Source of the DNA: Buchnera aphidicola str. APS (Acyrthosiphon pisum)
GTDB lineage: Bacteria > Pseudomonadota > Gammaproteobacteria > Enterobacterales > Enterobacteriaceae
Direction: 5' to 3'
DNA length: 32,000 nucleotides
NCBI RefSeq assembly: GCF_000009605.1
Contig: NC_002528.1
Span: forward strand, 30,001-62,000
A program made the position numbers and the translations under genes. Under the pieces are notes generated by a model. That model searched no databases. It was not told where the DNA came from and worked only from the letters and a program-made list of their open reading frames with translations. Below, in pieces: positions 30,941 through 32,000 of this stretch. Within the stretch, counting starts at the first letter, position 1; every line of letters begins with the position of its first letter.

Positions 30941-32000
30941 TTATCTTTTCGATAACTTTTTATTAATAGACCAAATCTCTTTTTTTTCATTCATTTGCAA
31001 TCCTTTTTTTCTCTCTTTTGCAATAAGATATTCTCGTCTTTTTTCAAGGATTTTATCATGTATATTCATTAATAAATCTAAAAACATGTTTTGAGTTTCT
31101 TTTTGAATTATCATGTGATCCCATCGTGCTAAAATTTTTAAAACATTAATTATTGTAGTATTTCTGTATAGTTCTAATAATTGACCCGTATGAATATTAG
31201 GATTATCACGACATGTCTGTAATATTTCTAAAAAAATAGATAATCCTTTTATTTGTAAATTTTTAAATTTCATTGTCACAGGCACTAGTTTTGCTAAACT
31301 AGGATTTTGTACTAATAATCCTATTAAAGTACGCATGGGAGTACGTTTTATTTGGAAATATGTTTTTTGAGTATTTTTAGTTTCTTTTTCATATAAAAAT
31401 TTTTCAAATTGATTATCATCTAAAATTCCTATCATTCTAGCTAATATTTGACGCAAATAAATTCTTATAGTGTCACTAGAAATCGTATTTATTAAAGGTA
31501 AAGCATGTACGCTTAAATGAAATTTGTCATCATCAGATGATAAATTGATATTTTTTAGTATATTTTTAAAAAAAAATTTTGACATGGTAATTGCGTTATC
31601 AATTCGTTTTTGAAATTTTTCTCTACCTTCTTTTCTAATAATTGTATCAGGATCTTCCTGGTTAGGTAATAAAATAAATTTTAATGTTTTTTTGTCTGAT
31701 ATATACGGCAAGGCTTTTTTTAAAGTTTTCCAAGCTGCATTTTTTCCTGCATCATCACCATCATAGCAACATATAATGATATCAGTATTTTTAAAGAGAA
31801 GTTGAATGTGTTCAGTTGTTGTTGAAGTTCCTAATATAGAAACAGCATAATCGATATTATATTGTGTTAATGTTATAACATCAATATACCCCTCAACAAC
31901 CAATAAATATACAGGTTTTGAACATTTTTTTATAACTTGATATAATCCATATATTTGTTTTCTTTTATAAAAAATATCTGTTTCAGGTGAGTTAAGATAT
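30941..32000 (-). CDS. dnaG: DNA primase, C-terminal portion (gene runs off the right edge)
   Basis: The reading frame extends upstream of the reported ORF start to the window edge: [46 protein letters not shown]. Contains the TOPRIM motifs VEGYIDV and CYDGDDAG. Upstream of rpoD as in E. coli rpsU-dnaG-rpoD. Confidence 0.96.
   Translation of the reverse strand, partial: YLNSPETDIFYKRKQIYGLYQVIKKCSKPVYLLVVEGYIDVITLTQYNIDYAVSILGTSTTTEHIQLLFKNTDIIICCYDGDDAGKNAAWKTLKKALPYISDKKTLKFILLPNQEDPDTIIRKEGREKFQKRIDNAITMSKFFFKNILKNINLSSDDDKFHLSVHALPLINTISSDTIRIYLRQILARMIGILDDNQFEKFLYEKETKNTQKTYFQIKRTPMRTLIGLLVQNPSLAKLVPVTMKFKNLQIKGLSIFLEILQTCRDNPNIHTGQLLELYRNTTIINVLKILARWDHMIIQKETQNMFLDLLMNIHDKILEKRREYLIAKERKKGLQMNEKKEIWSINKKLSKR

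Overview
This window is an AT-rich, gene-dense stretch whose protein sequences and gene order match Buchnera aphidicola, the reduced-genome aphid endosymbiont. The assignment is from protein similarity and synteny recalled from memory; no database search was run. Order: 'yigL (truncated) - metE (+) | purH, hupA, rpoC, rpoB, rplL, rplJ, rplA, rplK, nusG, secE, tRNA-Thr(GGT), tRNA-Gly(TCC), tRNA-Tyr(GTA), tRNA-Thr(TGT), murB (-) | metF (+) | argE (-) | argC, argB, argG, argH, yibN, secB, cysE (+) | rpoD, dnaG (truncated) (-). I found no mobile element, CRISPR array, toxin/defence locus or convincing new multi-gene system. The observations worth a second look are regulatory or decay-related: a retained rplL-rpoB attenuator-type hairpin without its T-tract, long AT-rich hairpins at three operon or gene ends, an ARG-box-like relic in the argE/argC divergent region, a strong promoter for the tRNA cluster, A10-A11 tracts inside rplJ, murB and secB, mixed loss of encoded CCA ends in the tRNAs, a CysE C-terminus lacking the known feedback residue, and deletion scars where metR and tufB would be expected.
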